DNA from: a virus
Lineage: Duplodnaviria > Caudoviricetes
DNA length: 60,325 nt
Reading direction: 5' to 3' (one strand)
IMG/VR virus record: IMGVR_UViG_3300030107_001017
Coordinates: 1-60,325 of that record
The notes below the pieces were generated by a model, which was not told the origin of the DNA, ran no database searches, and saw only the letters and a program-made list of their open reading frames with translations. Positions 19,601 to 26,654 of the stretch are shown piece by piece (position 1 is the stretch's first letter; each line of letters begins with the position of its first letter). Both the position numbers and the translations under genes were made by a program.

Positions 19601-19703
19601 TGGCTCGGTAGCGATCGTCCATGTAACCGAAAACATTCTCCGCGATCCACTGCTTGCGTTTTTCAGACGGCGAAGGCTCATACGGTAAGATTTGTGTAGC
19701 CAT
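16635..19703 (-). CDS. Large polyvalent protein with two pre-toxin-TG-like hairpins
   Basis: DMIPGYGD...AALGALPFVPG at the N-terminus and a second GETPAG...SIVGLIPGIG. Each module ends in a GGxVN(N)RPxMxLxY motif. Confidence 0.6.
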   Translation of the reverse strand: MATQILPYEPSPSEKRKQWIAENVFGYMDDRYRANRLSQGIVDTIDMIPGYGDIEGIREGYHLATEGGSPYIGTGIAALGALPFVPGSVTRKGTDFLREQAAKLRVTPTQYTIEDTSPRGAAYNYEAREDAYEQGFPEEYWDQVDITGQPFTIETMAERSILNNKQFQNPYKKYNVRGLIQSTLDSVPGAARANLERQFNEWIPEQMKEGKATLQEVLDEIGRNKPKIHQQVDSRPSMQVASEEVDDGLRTDIWGQDQNALDTSRGTTYMPMIPTDENPRSISEAARTLPLLRYTEKNVSVSPEKFEFVLPDGGHPEVGAGVRSLDIRNTPRDSNAVNRVFHTRSGVYQVKAPLGSGTNPNEPGKRVLIPAEGQSGMYGMLGPERKDEVLQKISAGDNAENLQETLGFTVRGNDIAYRLGTTRPEDTYFDFGMDFSGSGTQRSASGHYSSMDADAGEYLDQVVEPNLKPGYTVDDWKKEVQNYRDYIETQNNQINNMFGFNTKEYNQELGRELTSEEVYQRAVKRMDYDYDKVNRKRSRIMDQLAADLEGGFITDQQYNDGISEAHALFDPIDKQHSRTALALRERNTMKQAAIQAFSPNLQAMVVKQDTGDAKLHMFEDWFPMHMKMSMNDAAVDPRIDAVWFPINDYALQRQTGMDQGTAPARMQQFSHELGDDDARLRLSPGKTSARRGRQYDQKTRQGIKRIEAEYGIKLNAKQITDDNRNKFLEIQMTPEIREAFQKVLMNKGGEVNNRPMMPLQYFDKGGQSKDLLDRGVEAYEEAPIIAQIIAGETPAGFAADVASAAKYGRDAVRSVVAGQYGDALAPSIMSALSIVGLIPGIGALGTLGKKSVGQYLGKVRGRGDYGVQDTGHHAYRGFKLDPNIQGETAQYQDLARRIKEAEAQVPGGIENPQRSITIPDPRSQGAQLSQSQGVSGGGRYIQGGPHPDDVYIQGADGSVMLVNETTGTSRKIAIDGIPEGAPIRQPGGRMQIKDSTMPGGSRPLGGYARGGTVNRPLMNLKY

Positions 19704-19749
19704 AAAAAATTTTGCAAAAAATTTTGGAATAGGTCTTTTATCTCGTCCT

Positions 19750-19778
19750 AGTGTAGTTCACGGTCTGAAAAAAGTAAA
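19750..19778 (-). promoter_or_regulatory. Promoter for the packaging/structural operon
   Basis: TTTACT-N17-TACACT. Confidence 0.6.
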
Positions 19779-19909
19779 ATCCTATTCCAGTGTATCTGAA
19801 AAACTTAGCCTTTAGTAGTTACTATTAGCGTTAACGTATAAGGGGGCAGGGGGTCCATCGGATCGGAAGTTGGGTGGTGGTCAAAAAAGCAAGTTCAGAC
19901 GGTGGTCGT

Positions 19910-19938
19910 AAAAAAGCCACCGCCAACTTGGCGGTGGC
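19910..19938 (-). terminator. Intrinsic terminator
   Basis: GCCACCGCC(AA)/(TT)GGCGGTGGC hairpin plus T6 after ORF 19956..20195. Confidence 0.85.
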
Positions 19939-19955
19939 CCACGGGACGGGACCCG

Positions 19956-20195
19956 CTACTTAGTAGCGGGGGATTCTAAGGTGATGAAGCCCTTAGCGAT
20001 ATCGTACTTGATATCGGCGGCGTTAACGAGGCGGGATTCTAGCGCAGCGCGGACCGTTTGACCGTTGAGCGTAGTATGACGGTCGGCGTTATGCTGAGCG
20101 CGAGCTACCTTACCGGTAGCGGTGTAGATAGCGTTGAGGTCAAGATTGCCGCTATTGATTTTGACGGCAGGTTTTTTATTAGCTTTAGTAGACAT
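19956..20195 (-). CDS. Small basic protein, DIKYD-domain paralogue 1
   Basis: Aligns with 23319..23621 and with the C-terminus of 28478..29065; has its own promoter and terminator. Confidence 0.85.
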   Translation of the reverse strand: MSTKANKKPAVKINSGNLDLNAIYTATGKVARAQHNADRHTTLNGQTVRAALESRLVNAADIKYDIAKGFITLESPATK

Positions 20196-20244
20196 ATTTA
20201 AATTCCTAAGTTAGTTAATGACTTACTACCTAAGTAGTGAAACT

Positions 20245-20331
20245 ATTATCTCTTAAGTAAAGTTAGAAGTAAAGCACCGTGTCATACTGTTTAGTTATAA
20301 ACATATAACTAGAAGTAAAGTTAAAAGTAAA
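20245..20331 (-). promoter_or_regulatory. Tandem promoters with repeated TTTACTT boxes
   Basis: TTTACT-N17-GATAAT (20273-20245). A second pair of TTTACTT boxes lies at 20313-20331 with a weaker -10. Confidence 0.65.
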
Positions 20332-20338
20332 CCTAAAA

Positions 20339-20817
20339 TCAGATCACAACGCCTGTTTAATAATTCAGATCACACTGCCATCGCAATCGGACCATGCACA
20401 ACGGATCATGGTTTACAGAAGATTACGCATGATCACATTGCGATCAGACTTCGGACTTCTGATCATGCGCCATGGGCCAGGAGCCATGGTGCGATCAGAT
20501 CATGTAAAAAGGTTCATGGCTTACAGAGGATTATGATGGCAAATAACAACGGATTTATTCTTACAGAGGATCATGGTCCAAGGTATAATAGAACAGGGAC
20601 CATGTTCTATTGGCTTATTGACCACCACCCCCAGATCTGATGATCATGGTGCTTGTTCCAGGGACTTTTGTCCGTAGCACAAGGACGGATCAAAAGTAGG
20701 TTCTATATATAGTGTCACAATTCTGATAAATATCGTTCTAAAAGTCTTTCAGACGTTTTATGTCGACTATCTACTGTTACCAGCACAGTACCACGAACCA
20801 CGTTCCATGGTCCATAT
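20339..20817. repeat. Degenerate short-repeat array rich in GATC and CATG
   Basis: 12 GATC and 11 CATG counted in 20342-20691; TTACAGARGAT three times; heptamer run TACCACG-AACCACG-TTCCATG-GTCCATA near 20789-20816. Confidence 0.8.
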
Positions 20818-20828
20818 TACATAGTCCC

Positions 20829-20922
20829 AGCTAATAGGTCGCTAATAGGTTAGCCAATAACCACGTTAAAGGGATCTAGATAGAGGGTTCCAGACCTTAC
20901 CCTATTGGCTTATTGGCTATTG
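20829..20922 (+). repeat. Iteron-like element, copy A (candidate origin)
   Basis: AGCTAATA-N5-CTAATA-N6-CCAATAAC-N31-GACC-N4-CCTATTGG-CTTATTG; an inverted copy lies at 43088-43173. Confidence 0.7.
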
Positions 20923-20985
20923 TGAGATATTTTACGAAAACAAAAACGTAAAATTCGTGAGAGCTAATATAGAAACAGCTTACTG

Positions 20986-21246
20986 TTATTCATAGCCCTC
21001 TACCCATTGAAGGAGGGTGGGTTCATCCACAGCAGCGAAGGCTTGACCAGCAGTATCAAATGTTTTATAGGTGCCCCACTTCCTATCTCTATAGTTGTAG
21101 TTTGTGTTATTGAGCAGCACATAGGTTCCATCAGACAATATGGTCAGTGTACGGGTTTCATCAATCACCCAGCTACGTGCTTCTGTCATGGGGTCGATGC
21201 TGTTTAAAACATCGACAGCTCTTTCTATCGTATATTGTTCACTCAT
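20986..21246 (-). CDS. Hypothetical protein
   Basis: Last ORF of the small-gene cluster; coupled to the upstream gene. Confidence 0.7.
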   Translation of the reverse strand: MSEQYTIERAVDVLNSIDPMTEARSWVIDETRTLTILSDGTYVLLNNTNYNYRDRKWGTYKTFDTAGQAFAAVDEPTLLQWVEGYE

Positions 21247-21674
21247 ATTCTATCTCGATCGATGTTCTTCCATCTAAACCTCACATACTCAGTAAGCGCA
21301 GACGACAGGTTACTGCCGTTAAGGCTGACGGCTAAGTACCAGTAATCGTTGAACTCTGGATGAGGTGTCCTAGCTATTTTAATGACATTGTAAATGTCTT
21401 GGTTACCGAGACGGTACACCTGACTACTGTCGTAGACATAGTTCCACTCTAGACCCGCTAGGTATTCTTCATAGCGATCGATTATGCCGTCGTCTTCGCT
21501 AAAGTAGTAGCCAACCTCGTCGATGTCTACGAGTAATTCCTCAAGCAAGCTAACCACACGATTAGTCTCATGAGGAGTGTGGTTGGGGTCTTCCAGTATC
21601 TGCTTGCTTTCTTCTATGTAGGAGGAGACCATTACAGGCCTCCATGTGAAAGTGTCAACTTCTTTGAGTTCCAT
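21243..21674 (-). CDS. Acidic hypothetical protein
   Basis: 143-aa ORF in an operon with Shine-Dalgarno. Confidence 0.7.
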   Translation of the reverse strand: MELKEVDTFTWRPVMVSSYIEESKQILEDPNHTPHETNRVVSLLEELLVDIDEVGYYFSEDDGIIDRYEEYLAGLEWNYVYDSSQVYRLGNQDIYNVIKIARTPHPEFNDYWYLAVSLNGSNLSSALTEYVRFRWKNIDRDRI

Positions 21675-21676
21675 AT

Positions 21677-21883
21677 TTATTCCTTATACTTAAAGCCGAA
21701 AGGCTGATCAATTTGAGTAAGGCCGAGAGCTTCAATAATTACACTTTGAGCATGCTCTAGCTGTTCGTTACCGTTAGGCGTGAGGTTCTCTATTATGAGT
21801 TTTACAGCTTCCGGAACTGCGTTAGGATTTAGTTGAAGGTCTTTATAAACTTCCCACTGCATGGACTGATTATCTTTAGGCAT
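21677..21883 (-). CDS. Hypothetical protein
   Basis: Shine-Dalgarno AAGGGGG; operon packing. Confidence 0.7.
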   Translation of the reverse strand: MPKDNQSMQWEVYKDLQLNPNAVPEAVKLIIENLTPNGNEQLEHAQSVIIEALGLTQIDQPFGFKYKE

Positions 21884-21931
21884 TTTGCCCCCTTAGTTAT
21901 TTAACTTAACTAAGTATAAGGGCGAACGTAT

Positions 21932-22147
21932 TCAATCCTTAGCAACGTTCTTATTATTGGGGTGTTCACCGTAATAGTCTATCACAAACTGATCAATGGA
22001 AGCTGGCAACCCTTTGAGCAATACCTCATTCTTCCACTCTTCAGGTTGGTGAAGGCTCGTAACAGTAAAACGTAAACCGTGCTTGTCTGCCAACTCTAGC
22101 ACACGGTCCACTTTCTTATCATCAATATTATTTAGCGTGAGTTCCAT
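21932..22147 (-). CDS. Hypothetical protein
   Basis: AGGAG Shine-Dalgarno; operon packing. Confidence 0.65.
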   Translation of the reverse strand: MELTLNNIDDKKVDRVLELADKHGLRFTVTSLHQPEEWKNEVLLKGLPASIDQFVIDYYGEHPNNKNVAKD

Positions 22148-22338
22148 GGTTTGTCTCCTTCTGGGTTAAGCACAAGTCTTTCTTTGTGAAAGCCATTCCT
22201 GTTCCTGCTGGTTAGACCGAATACTTTTGTCTTTTCACTGAGCGAACGTTCAGTGCTAACACCACCAGGAATCTGTTTTATTTTGCCTCCTTTTTTCAAG
22301 AAGGCTTCGATGTCTTTGTTGATGTCGTCAGAGTCCAC
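22132..22338 (-). CDS. Small protein with a SutA-like IEAFLKKGGKIKQIP motif (possible RNA polymerase binder)
   Basis: The motif resembles the Pseudomonas SutA RNAP-binding helix; recognised by eye only. Confidence 0.5.
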   Translation of the reverse strand: MDSDDINKDIEAFLKKGGKIKQIPGGVSTERSLSEKTKVFGLTSRNRNGFHKERLVLNPEGDKPWNSR

Positions 22339-22569
22339 CTACATACTCCTGTGTTGTTTTTTCCGTTCTTGACTAAAACGACGATACTTAACAGCGTTGT
22401 GCAACGTCACCCAGTCATTGTGGCTCATGGACTTGGCCATTGATAAGATTGGGGTTTTATCGGTAAACCCATACTTCTCCTTCATCTTTTCCCATACGGC
22501 TACGTGCTTATAGTCTTCGTGTAGTCGCGCGTCGTAGTCGCTGAGCTCGGGATAGTTTATGTCATTCAT
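22339..22569 (-). CDS. Hypothetical protein
   Basis: Operon packing. Confidence 0.65.
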   Translation of the reverse strand: MNDINYPELSDYDARLHEDYKHVAVWEKMKEKYGFTDKTPILSMAKSMSHNDWVTLHNAVKYRRFSQERKKQHRSM

Positions 22570-22777
22570 CTTTTTTCCTTGTATCTGTGTAGTCTAGATC
22601 CTCGATGGCACACGTTACTCGGTCAAGCACAGCTGAGCAAGTTTCAGGTTCGTGAGCACATTCGGGGTCAAAGATCTTGAGCGTGTTATTCATTATAGCA
22701 TCGGCGATGAGCACTAACTCATCCATGTTAAACGAAACCTCTATTTTTCCTCCGTCATTCATATCATCAGTCTCCAT
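22562..22777 (-). CDS. Acidic hypothetical protein
   Basis: Operon packing; AGGAG Shine-Dalgarno. Confidence 0.65.
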   Translation of the reverse strand: METDDMNDGGKIEVSFNMDELVLIADAIMNNTLKIFDPECAHEPETCSAVLDRVTCAIEDLDYTDTRKKDE

Positions 22778-22979
22778 TATTCAAGCTCCTACATTCCCAG
22801 AAAAGCACTGAGAACCAAGCGGTCCATAAGGATAAATTGATAATCACGATAGTGAAAGGAGACCAATCAGTCTCCGTGTTTAAGTAATAGCTGACCCCGC
22901 CACTAGCGGAGGCCGTAACAGCCACCGTCAGTAACAGGAAAACAACCACGGTAAGTAAGTGTCTAACAACCCAGCTCAT
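22767..22979 (-). CDS. Small two-TM membrane protein
   Basis: Two hydrophobic segments. Confidence 0.65.
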   Translation of the reverse strand: MSWVVRHLLTVVVFLLLTVAVTASASGGVSYYLNTETDWSPFTIVIINLSLWTAWFSVLFWECRSLNNGD

Positions 22980-23194
22980 GCGTCGTCCTTGACGATGCTA
23001 CGGTTGAGGTGAGAAGCTAGAAATCGCATGGGTAAAACCTTCACGTCTGCGCAAACGTCGCAACAGCGACCCTCGTCAGCCATGGGCCACGGGTCATTAC
23101 CCGTAGTCCAGTAAACCTTACCCTCAGCAGTGCGTTTATGCTCAATAGGGCCGTCGCATAAACAGCAGGTTAAAACTTCATGTACATCAGTCAT
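22976..23194 (-). CDS. Zn-finger hypothetical protein
   Basis: CCLC...GNDPWP...GRCCDVC. Confidence 0.7.
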   Translation of the reverse strand: MTDVHEVLTCCLCDGPIEHKRTAEGKVYWTTGNDPWPMADEGRCCDVCADVKVLPMRFLASHLNRSIVKDDA

Positions 23195-23273
23195 ACGTGC
23201 TCCTAGTAATTAACTATAACTAGGTTACTAACGATCACCGTTAGTCCCTAGGAACGTTCTTTATAATGGGTAT

Positions 23274-23312
23274 AAAAAAGGCCCAGTGACGCAAGGGGTC
23301 GTCAACTGGGCC
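23274..23312 (-). terminator. Intrinsic terminator
   Basis: GGCCCAGT(T)GAC...GTCACTGGGCC hairpin plus T6 after ORF 23319..23621. Confidence 0.8.
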
Positions 23313-23318
23313 AAGGGG

Positions 23319-23621
23319 CTAAGGCATCATATACATGAAGCCTTTCTTCAAATCGTAACGAATGTCACGAGAGTCAACTAGTCGGGTAGCTAGTGCTTCC
23401 CTTATTGTCTTACCGTCTAGTGACTTATGACGCTCAGCATTGTGCGTAGCACGAGCTGTCTTCTCAGGGTTATCTTTTAAAACCGCGTCAAGGTTAAGAC
23501 CACCGGAGTTAACTTTGGCAGTCGTGGTGCTCGCTATGTCGCCTAAAGATTTAGACGCCTTAGGAGCGGTTGGTGCAGTCGCCTTAGGACTAGCTTTTTT
23601 GGCTGTAGTAGACTTAGTCAT
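23319..23621 (-). CDS. Small basic protein, DIKYD-domain paralogue 2, with an AKP-rich N-terminal tail
   Basis: KVNSGGLNLDA...ARATHNAERH..LDGKTIREAL..RLV...DIRYDLKKGF. Confidence 0.85.
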   Translation of the reverse strand: MTKSTTAKKASPKATAPTAPKASKSLGDIASTTTAKVNSGGLNLDAVLKDNPEKTARATHNAERHKSLDGKTIREALATRLVDSRDIRYDLKKGFMYMMP

Positions 23622-23672
23622 CTAACCATCTTCCTTTGTTACGGGTCACCTTAATTAGTAACCTTGCAAACT

Positions 23673-23701
23673 AGTATATAGTGAAGTAAAGCGAAGTAAA
23701 G
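23673..23701 (-). promoter_or_regulatory. Promoter with tandem CTTTACTT
   Basis: TTTACT-N16-TATACT with a second CTTTACTT in the spacer. Confidence 0.65.
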
Positions 23702-23707
23702 TTATAA

Positions 23708-23881
23708 TTAAGCATGATCAAGTTTTCTTTTTGTCCACTCTTCCCAAACTTTGACTGCTGTAATTCGATCAAGGTCAAAAAAATCTTGTAGCACTTTAGG
23801 TGCACCAAACATGTTGATAGAGCCAGATTCTTTGAGTTCGTCTAAAAACTGCAACAGCTCTTGTTTCTCTTTTTCTTCCAT
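23708..23881 (-). CDS. Conserved small phage protein
   Basis: FLDELKESGSINMFGA motif; start re-assigned to MEEKEK using the AGGAGG Shine-Dalgarno. Confidence 0.75.
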   Translation of the reverse strand: MEEKEKQELLQFLDELKESGSINMFGAPKVLQDFFDLDRITAVKVWEEWTKRKLDHA

Positions 23882-23882
23882 T

Positions 23883-24020
23883 TTAGAACCTCCTGTATGT
23901 AATGGCATCTTGAATGTATTCGTAAATATAATAACCCACTAAACCCCAAACTCCTGCAATAACGCACCACTTGAACAGAAACCACGGAAGCGTCAGAACA
24001 AACCATAGAATATCGATCAT
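23883..24020 (-). CDS. 45-aa membrane peptide (not in ORF track)
   Basis: MIDILWFVLTLPWFLFKWCVIAGVWGLVGYYIYEYIQDAITYRRF; AGGAG Shine-Dalgarno; ATGA overlap with the upstream gene. Confidence 0.7.
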   Translation of the reverse strand: MIDILWFVLTLPWFLFKWCVIAGVWGLVGYYIYEYIQDAITYRRF

Positions 24021-24217
24021 ACTTCTTCTCCTTCTTTAAATGTATCTTCTAACTTGTCAGACATCAAAAAGGCAACAGTTTTGCCAGAAACTATGAGCCA
24101 ACCGTTAGGACTAACTTCGTACACGTTTTCACCTATGAATGTTCTTTCCTCAAAGTATGCCTCGAGGAAAAAATCTAAGTCGTCAAAGGTGTCAAACTTG
24201 ACTGTGTTAAACTTCAT
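24017..24217 (-). CDS. Hypothetical protein
   Basis: Operon packing. Confidence 0.65.
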   Translation of the reverse strand: MKFNTVKFDTFDDLDFFLEAYFEERTFIGENVYEVSPNGWLIVSGKTVAFLMSDKLEDTFKEGEEV

Positions 24218-24785
24218 CGTCGCGCGTCACCTCACCGTTGAAGTTATCGTCTTCATCAACGAAACGCCAGCGCATCTCAAGGTCTTTGTCGAATCCTGGC
24301 TGAGACAGGTAAACCATAAGCGCACGCATAATAGGCCGAGGCTCCATCCACGCTGTAAAAAACGTATAGGTAATCTGGTTACGGAGCTCATCTACAGCGG
24401 TCAGCTTATACTCTACTTCGTAAGCATTCCACTTAGTACCCCAGTTTTGTACGCACCAGTCGTACCACTTAGCTGTACCGTATTGACGCTCAAGGCGTTT
24501 TATCGTAAAAGAGTCTAGACCGTGCTTTTCTACCCACTCTAGTCGTGGAAAGTCAAAAGGTTTTTTATCAAGGTTACAATCAGCAGAGCTGTGCCACTTA
24601 GTAGCCGAATAATAGTGGGTAGTGCCGCCTGAGTCGAGATACTGTACGTCGTTAAGCTCTTCAGGCATGGGGACTAGTTGGTTAAAGTCGAACAAGGTGT
24701 CCTCATTAGCTAGAAACTCCATGATATTTAGGATATCAACAGAGCACGAGCGTATGGTCACTTGATTAGAGCAATGGTTGGGCAT
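24207..24785 (-). CDS. YubB/DUF1281-like ferredoxin-fold protein
   Basis: MPNHCSN...FDFNQLVPMPEEL...WYDWCVQNWGTKWN...FFTAW.EP. Confidence 0.8.
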   Translation of the reverse strand: MPNHCSNQVTIRSCSVDILNIMEFLANEDTLFDFNQLVPMPEELNDVQYLDSGGTTHYYSATKWHSSADCNLDKKPFDFPRLEWVEKHGLDSFTIKRLERQYGTAKWYDWCVQNWGTKWNAYEVEYKLTAVDELRNQITYTFFTAWMEPRPIMRALMVYLSQPGFDKDLEMRWRFVDEDDNFNGEVTRDDEV

Positions 24786-24812
24786 ACGAGCCTCCTTAGT
24801 ATTAATATAATA

Positions 24813-25409
24813 CTACTTTAAAGGCCCACGCTTTTTATCTATAGGAACTATCTTATTATTCTTAACAAGGTAGCGTTCTTGTTTTCTTTTATTTTGTAGC
24901 CTGCTACGAGGACTCCAATAATCTCCAGGACCAGCTACTGAACCAGAACCATTCCACAGTGACCAACTGCCGCCTCTATTGCCGCCTCTTTTGCTTGGTT
25001 TTATCCCGAGGTGTTCGTGTATTTTTAGACGTCTTTTATTGTACTCCGTGATGTCTTTTATGCCGACTGCTTTCAAGTTTTGTAAAAATTTATGGTGCTT
25101 TCTTTGGGAATACTCTTTTTGATATGTTTTTGCTGCCTCTTTTAAGACTGCAAAAATTTTGGTGATGTCCTCTACAACACGCCAGTCGTCAGCATTATTT
25201 TCTGCAGCTTCGTAGACGCCTTCTGGAAGATTACAGATAGGTATGCCACCGTATCCAACCGAATCGGGCCATGAGTCATGATCATCCGGGGAAACTGGCG
25301 GTGGTTTTTTGGTCGTGGTGTTACGGTAACAGCCTGTAGAGCAGTAATTTCCCATTCCTTCGCCAAGATTATATTTTGTACCACAAACAACACATGTTTT
25401 AACTTCCAT
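24813..25409 (-). CDS. Hypothetical protein with an N-terminal Zn finger and basic C-terminus
   Basis: CVVCG...YCSTGC. Confidence 0.65.
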   Translation of the reverse strand: MEVKTCVVCGTKYNLGEGMGNYCSTGCYRNTTTKKPPPVSPDDHDSWPDSVGYGGIPICNLPEGVYEAAENNADDWRVVEDITKIFAVLKEAAKTYQKEYSQRKHHKFLQNLKAVGIKDITEYNKRRLKIHEHLGIKPSKRGGNRGGSWSLWNGSGSVAGPGDYWSPRSRLQNKRKQERYLVKNNKIVPIDKKRGPLK

Positions 25410-25437
25410 TAAAACACTCCAGCGGTGGAATTAGCCC

Positions 25438-25559
25438 TTTGTATGAAAACCCGAGCTGGATTGGCCCTAGCTCAGTCGCGGTGTCGGGCGTCACACACAT
25501 TCCACCTGGATACGCCACCTGGAGATACCGCAGCGTTAGGAAGACAACCGCTCTACAAA
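25438..25559. ncRNA. Candidate multi-branched structured RNA
   Basis: Intergenic; closing stem TTTGTA/TACAAA enclosing three hairpins. Confidence 0.5.
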
Positions 25560-25565
25560 TACTGT

Positions 25566-25796
25566 TCATTTTTCTTTCTCATCATCTACTACTAAAACCT
25601 CTTCTAATATTCCTTTTGCGTTTACCCTGATTGAGTGAGAGAGTGCATCCTTAAACACAGCGTGAAAAACCTTACTCGCTTCTTCAATCGTGTAGGGTTT
25701 TTGACCATACTCGTCTCGCTCCTCAGAGTTTAAGACAAACCATTTTTGAAAGTTCTCGTCGTAGGATAAGTTATTGTTATACTTAAAGTTTTCCAC
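25566..25796 (-). CDS. Hypothetical protein
   Basis: GTG start with AGGAGG; YNNNLSYDENFQKWF..NSEER motif. Confidence 0.7.
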   Translation of the reverse strand: MENFKYNNNLSYDENFQKWFVLNSEERDEYGQKPYTIEEASKVFHAVFKDALSHSIRVNAKGILEEVLVVDDEKEK

Positions 25797-25822
25797 AGAA
25801 CCTCCTTTTAGCTTATACTTAA

Positions 25823-25851
25823 ACCATAGGTTGCGGCTATTTGAAAGTAAA
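25823..25851 (-). promoter_or_regulatory. Sigma70-like promoter
   Basis: TTTACT-N17-TATGGT. Confidence 0.6.
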
Positions 25852-25934
25852 CTAAAAGTTTAGGAATCTAGGGAACAGCCCGTTGAGACCACTGGTGGGC
25901 TAACCCAGGATGGAAAGGATGACTAATCCTCGGT

Positions 25935-26402
25935 CTAATGCTCTTCGTATTCCCCCTCTATCAAAGTTCCGGGAGGAAGAACCCCGCCTGTCTCATGATA
26001 TAATTCTTGCATCCGTGCTAGGACTTCATCCTTTGACATAGTGTCTACTCTGTTAACAGTTAGTTCACTCCTGTTAACGTAAAGACCCGCTGCCTTACCC
26101 CTAGCCACTTCAGCAGTTACCGCAGCGGACCACGCTCCATTGCGCATGGCTCCGTCACGAATCTCTTTTAGGTCAACTAGGTGAGTACCGAGAGTGAGTT
26201 CTGCTTTGTCAGCAGCTTTAGTTTGCAGTTCGTGTATGCGGTTTTTGACCAGAGGGTTTTGATCACTAGACAACACAGTCCCAGCTCTACCTGCATTCTT
26301 TTCGCTGTACCCTGCTTGCTGAGCAGCGTCTTTTTTACGCATACCTTTAGCAACGTTCTGAGCAAACTTTTCTTGCTTAGGTGTCAGCTTTTTCTCACTC
26401 AT
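25935..26402 (-). CDS. terS: Terminase small subunit-like HTH protein
   Basis: LTPKQEKFA...AAQQAGYSEKNA...NPLVKNRIHEL. Confidence 0.7.
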   Translation of the reverse strand: MSEKKLTPKQEKFAQNVAKGMRKKDAAQQAGYSEKNAGRAGTVLSSDQNPLVKNRIHELQTKAADKAELTLGTHLVDLKEIRDGAMRNGAWSAAVTAEVARGKAAGLYVNRSELTVNRVDTMSKDEVLARMQELYHETGGVLPPGTLIEGEYEEH

Positions 26403-26644
26403 TCTTTTCTCCAGACTTTTACAACATAGTCGTTAGGAGGAATCTCTATTTTTCTAGTGACAAATTTTTTATTGTTTCTTCTGCCATAGTTACAGGCAGC
26501 AACTCTCAATCGTTGTACGTCTCCAGGTTCACAGTCTTCAATAGTGAAGTGCTGTCCCACACTCATCTTATGAAAATCATACTTATTATTTCTAGGCATG
26601 ACTTCAGGTATGGGTGTACCTTCTTCAATGGGTGATACTTTCAT
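26399..26644 (-). CDS. Small putative DNA-binding protein
   Basis: IEEGTPIP...KYDFHKMSVGQHF...KKFVTR...VKVWR. Confidence 0.7.
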   Translation of the reverse strand: MKVSPIEEGTPIPEVMPRNNKYDFHKMSVGQHFTIEDCEPGDVQRLRVAACNYGRRNNKKFVTRKIEIPPNDYVVKVWRKE

Positions 26645-26654
26645 AGGCTCCTTA

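Noticed and set aside
20339-20700. Possible CRISPR or mini-array
   Set aside because: Repeats are 7-11 bp, degenerate and irregularly spaced. The Cas4-like nuclease at 32877 is a normal phage replication exonuclease.
21944-23270. Similar AACGTTCTT...TGGG stretches at about 21944 and 23253
   Set aside because: Short match, one copy inside a CDS; compatible with chance.
25438-25559. tRNA gene
   Set aside because: Cloverleaf-like but too long, with no TTCRA T-loop or 7-bp acceptor stem; kept as an ncRNA candidate.
25439-25630. 63-aa plus-strand ORF over the structured region
   Set aside because: TTG start without an RBS, overlaps a minus-strand gene, no motif.
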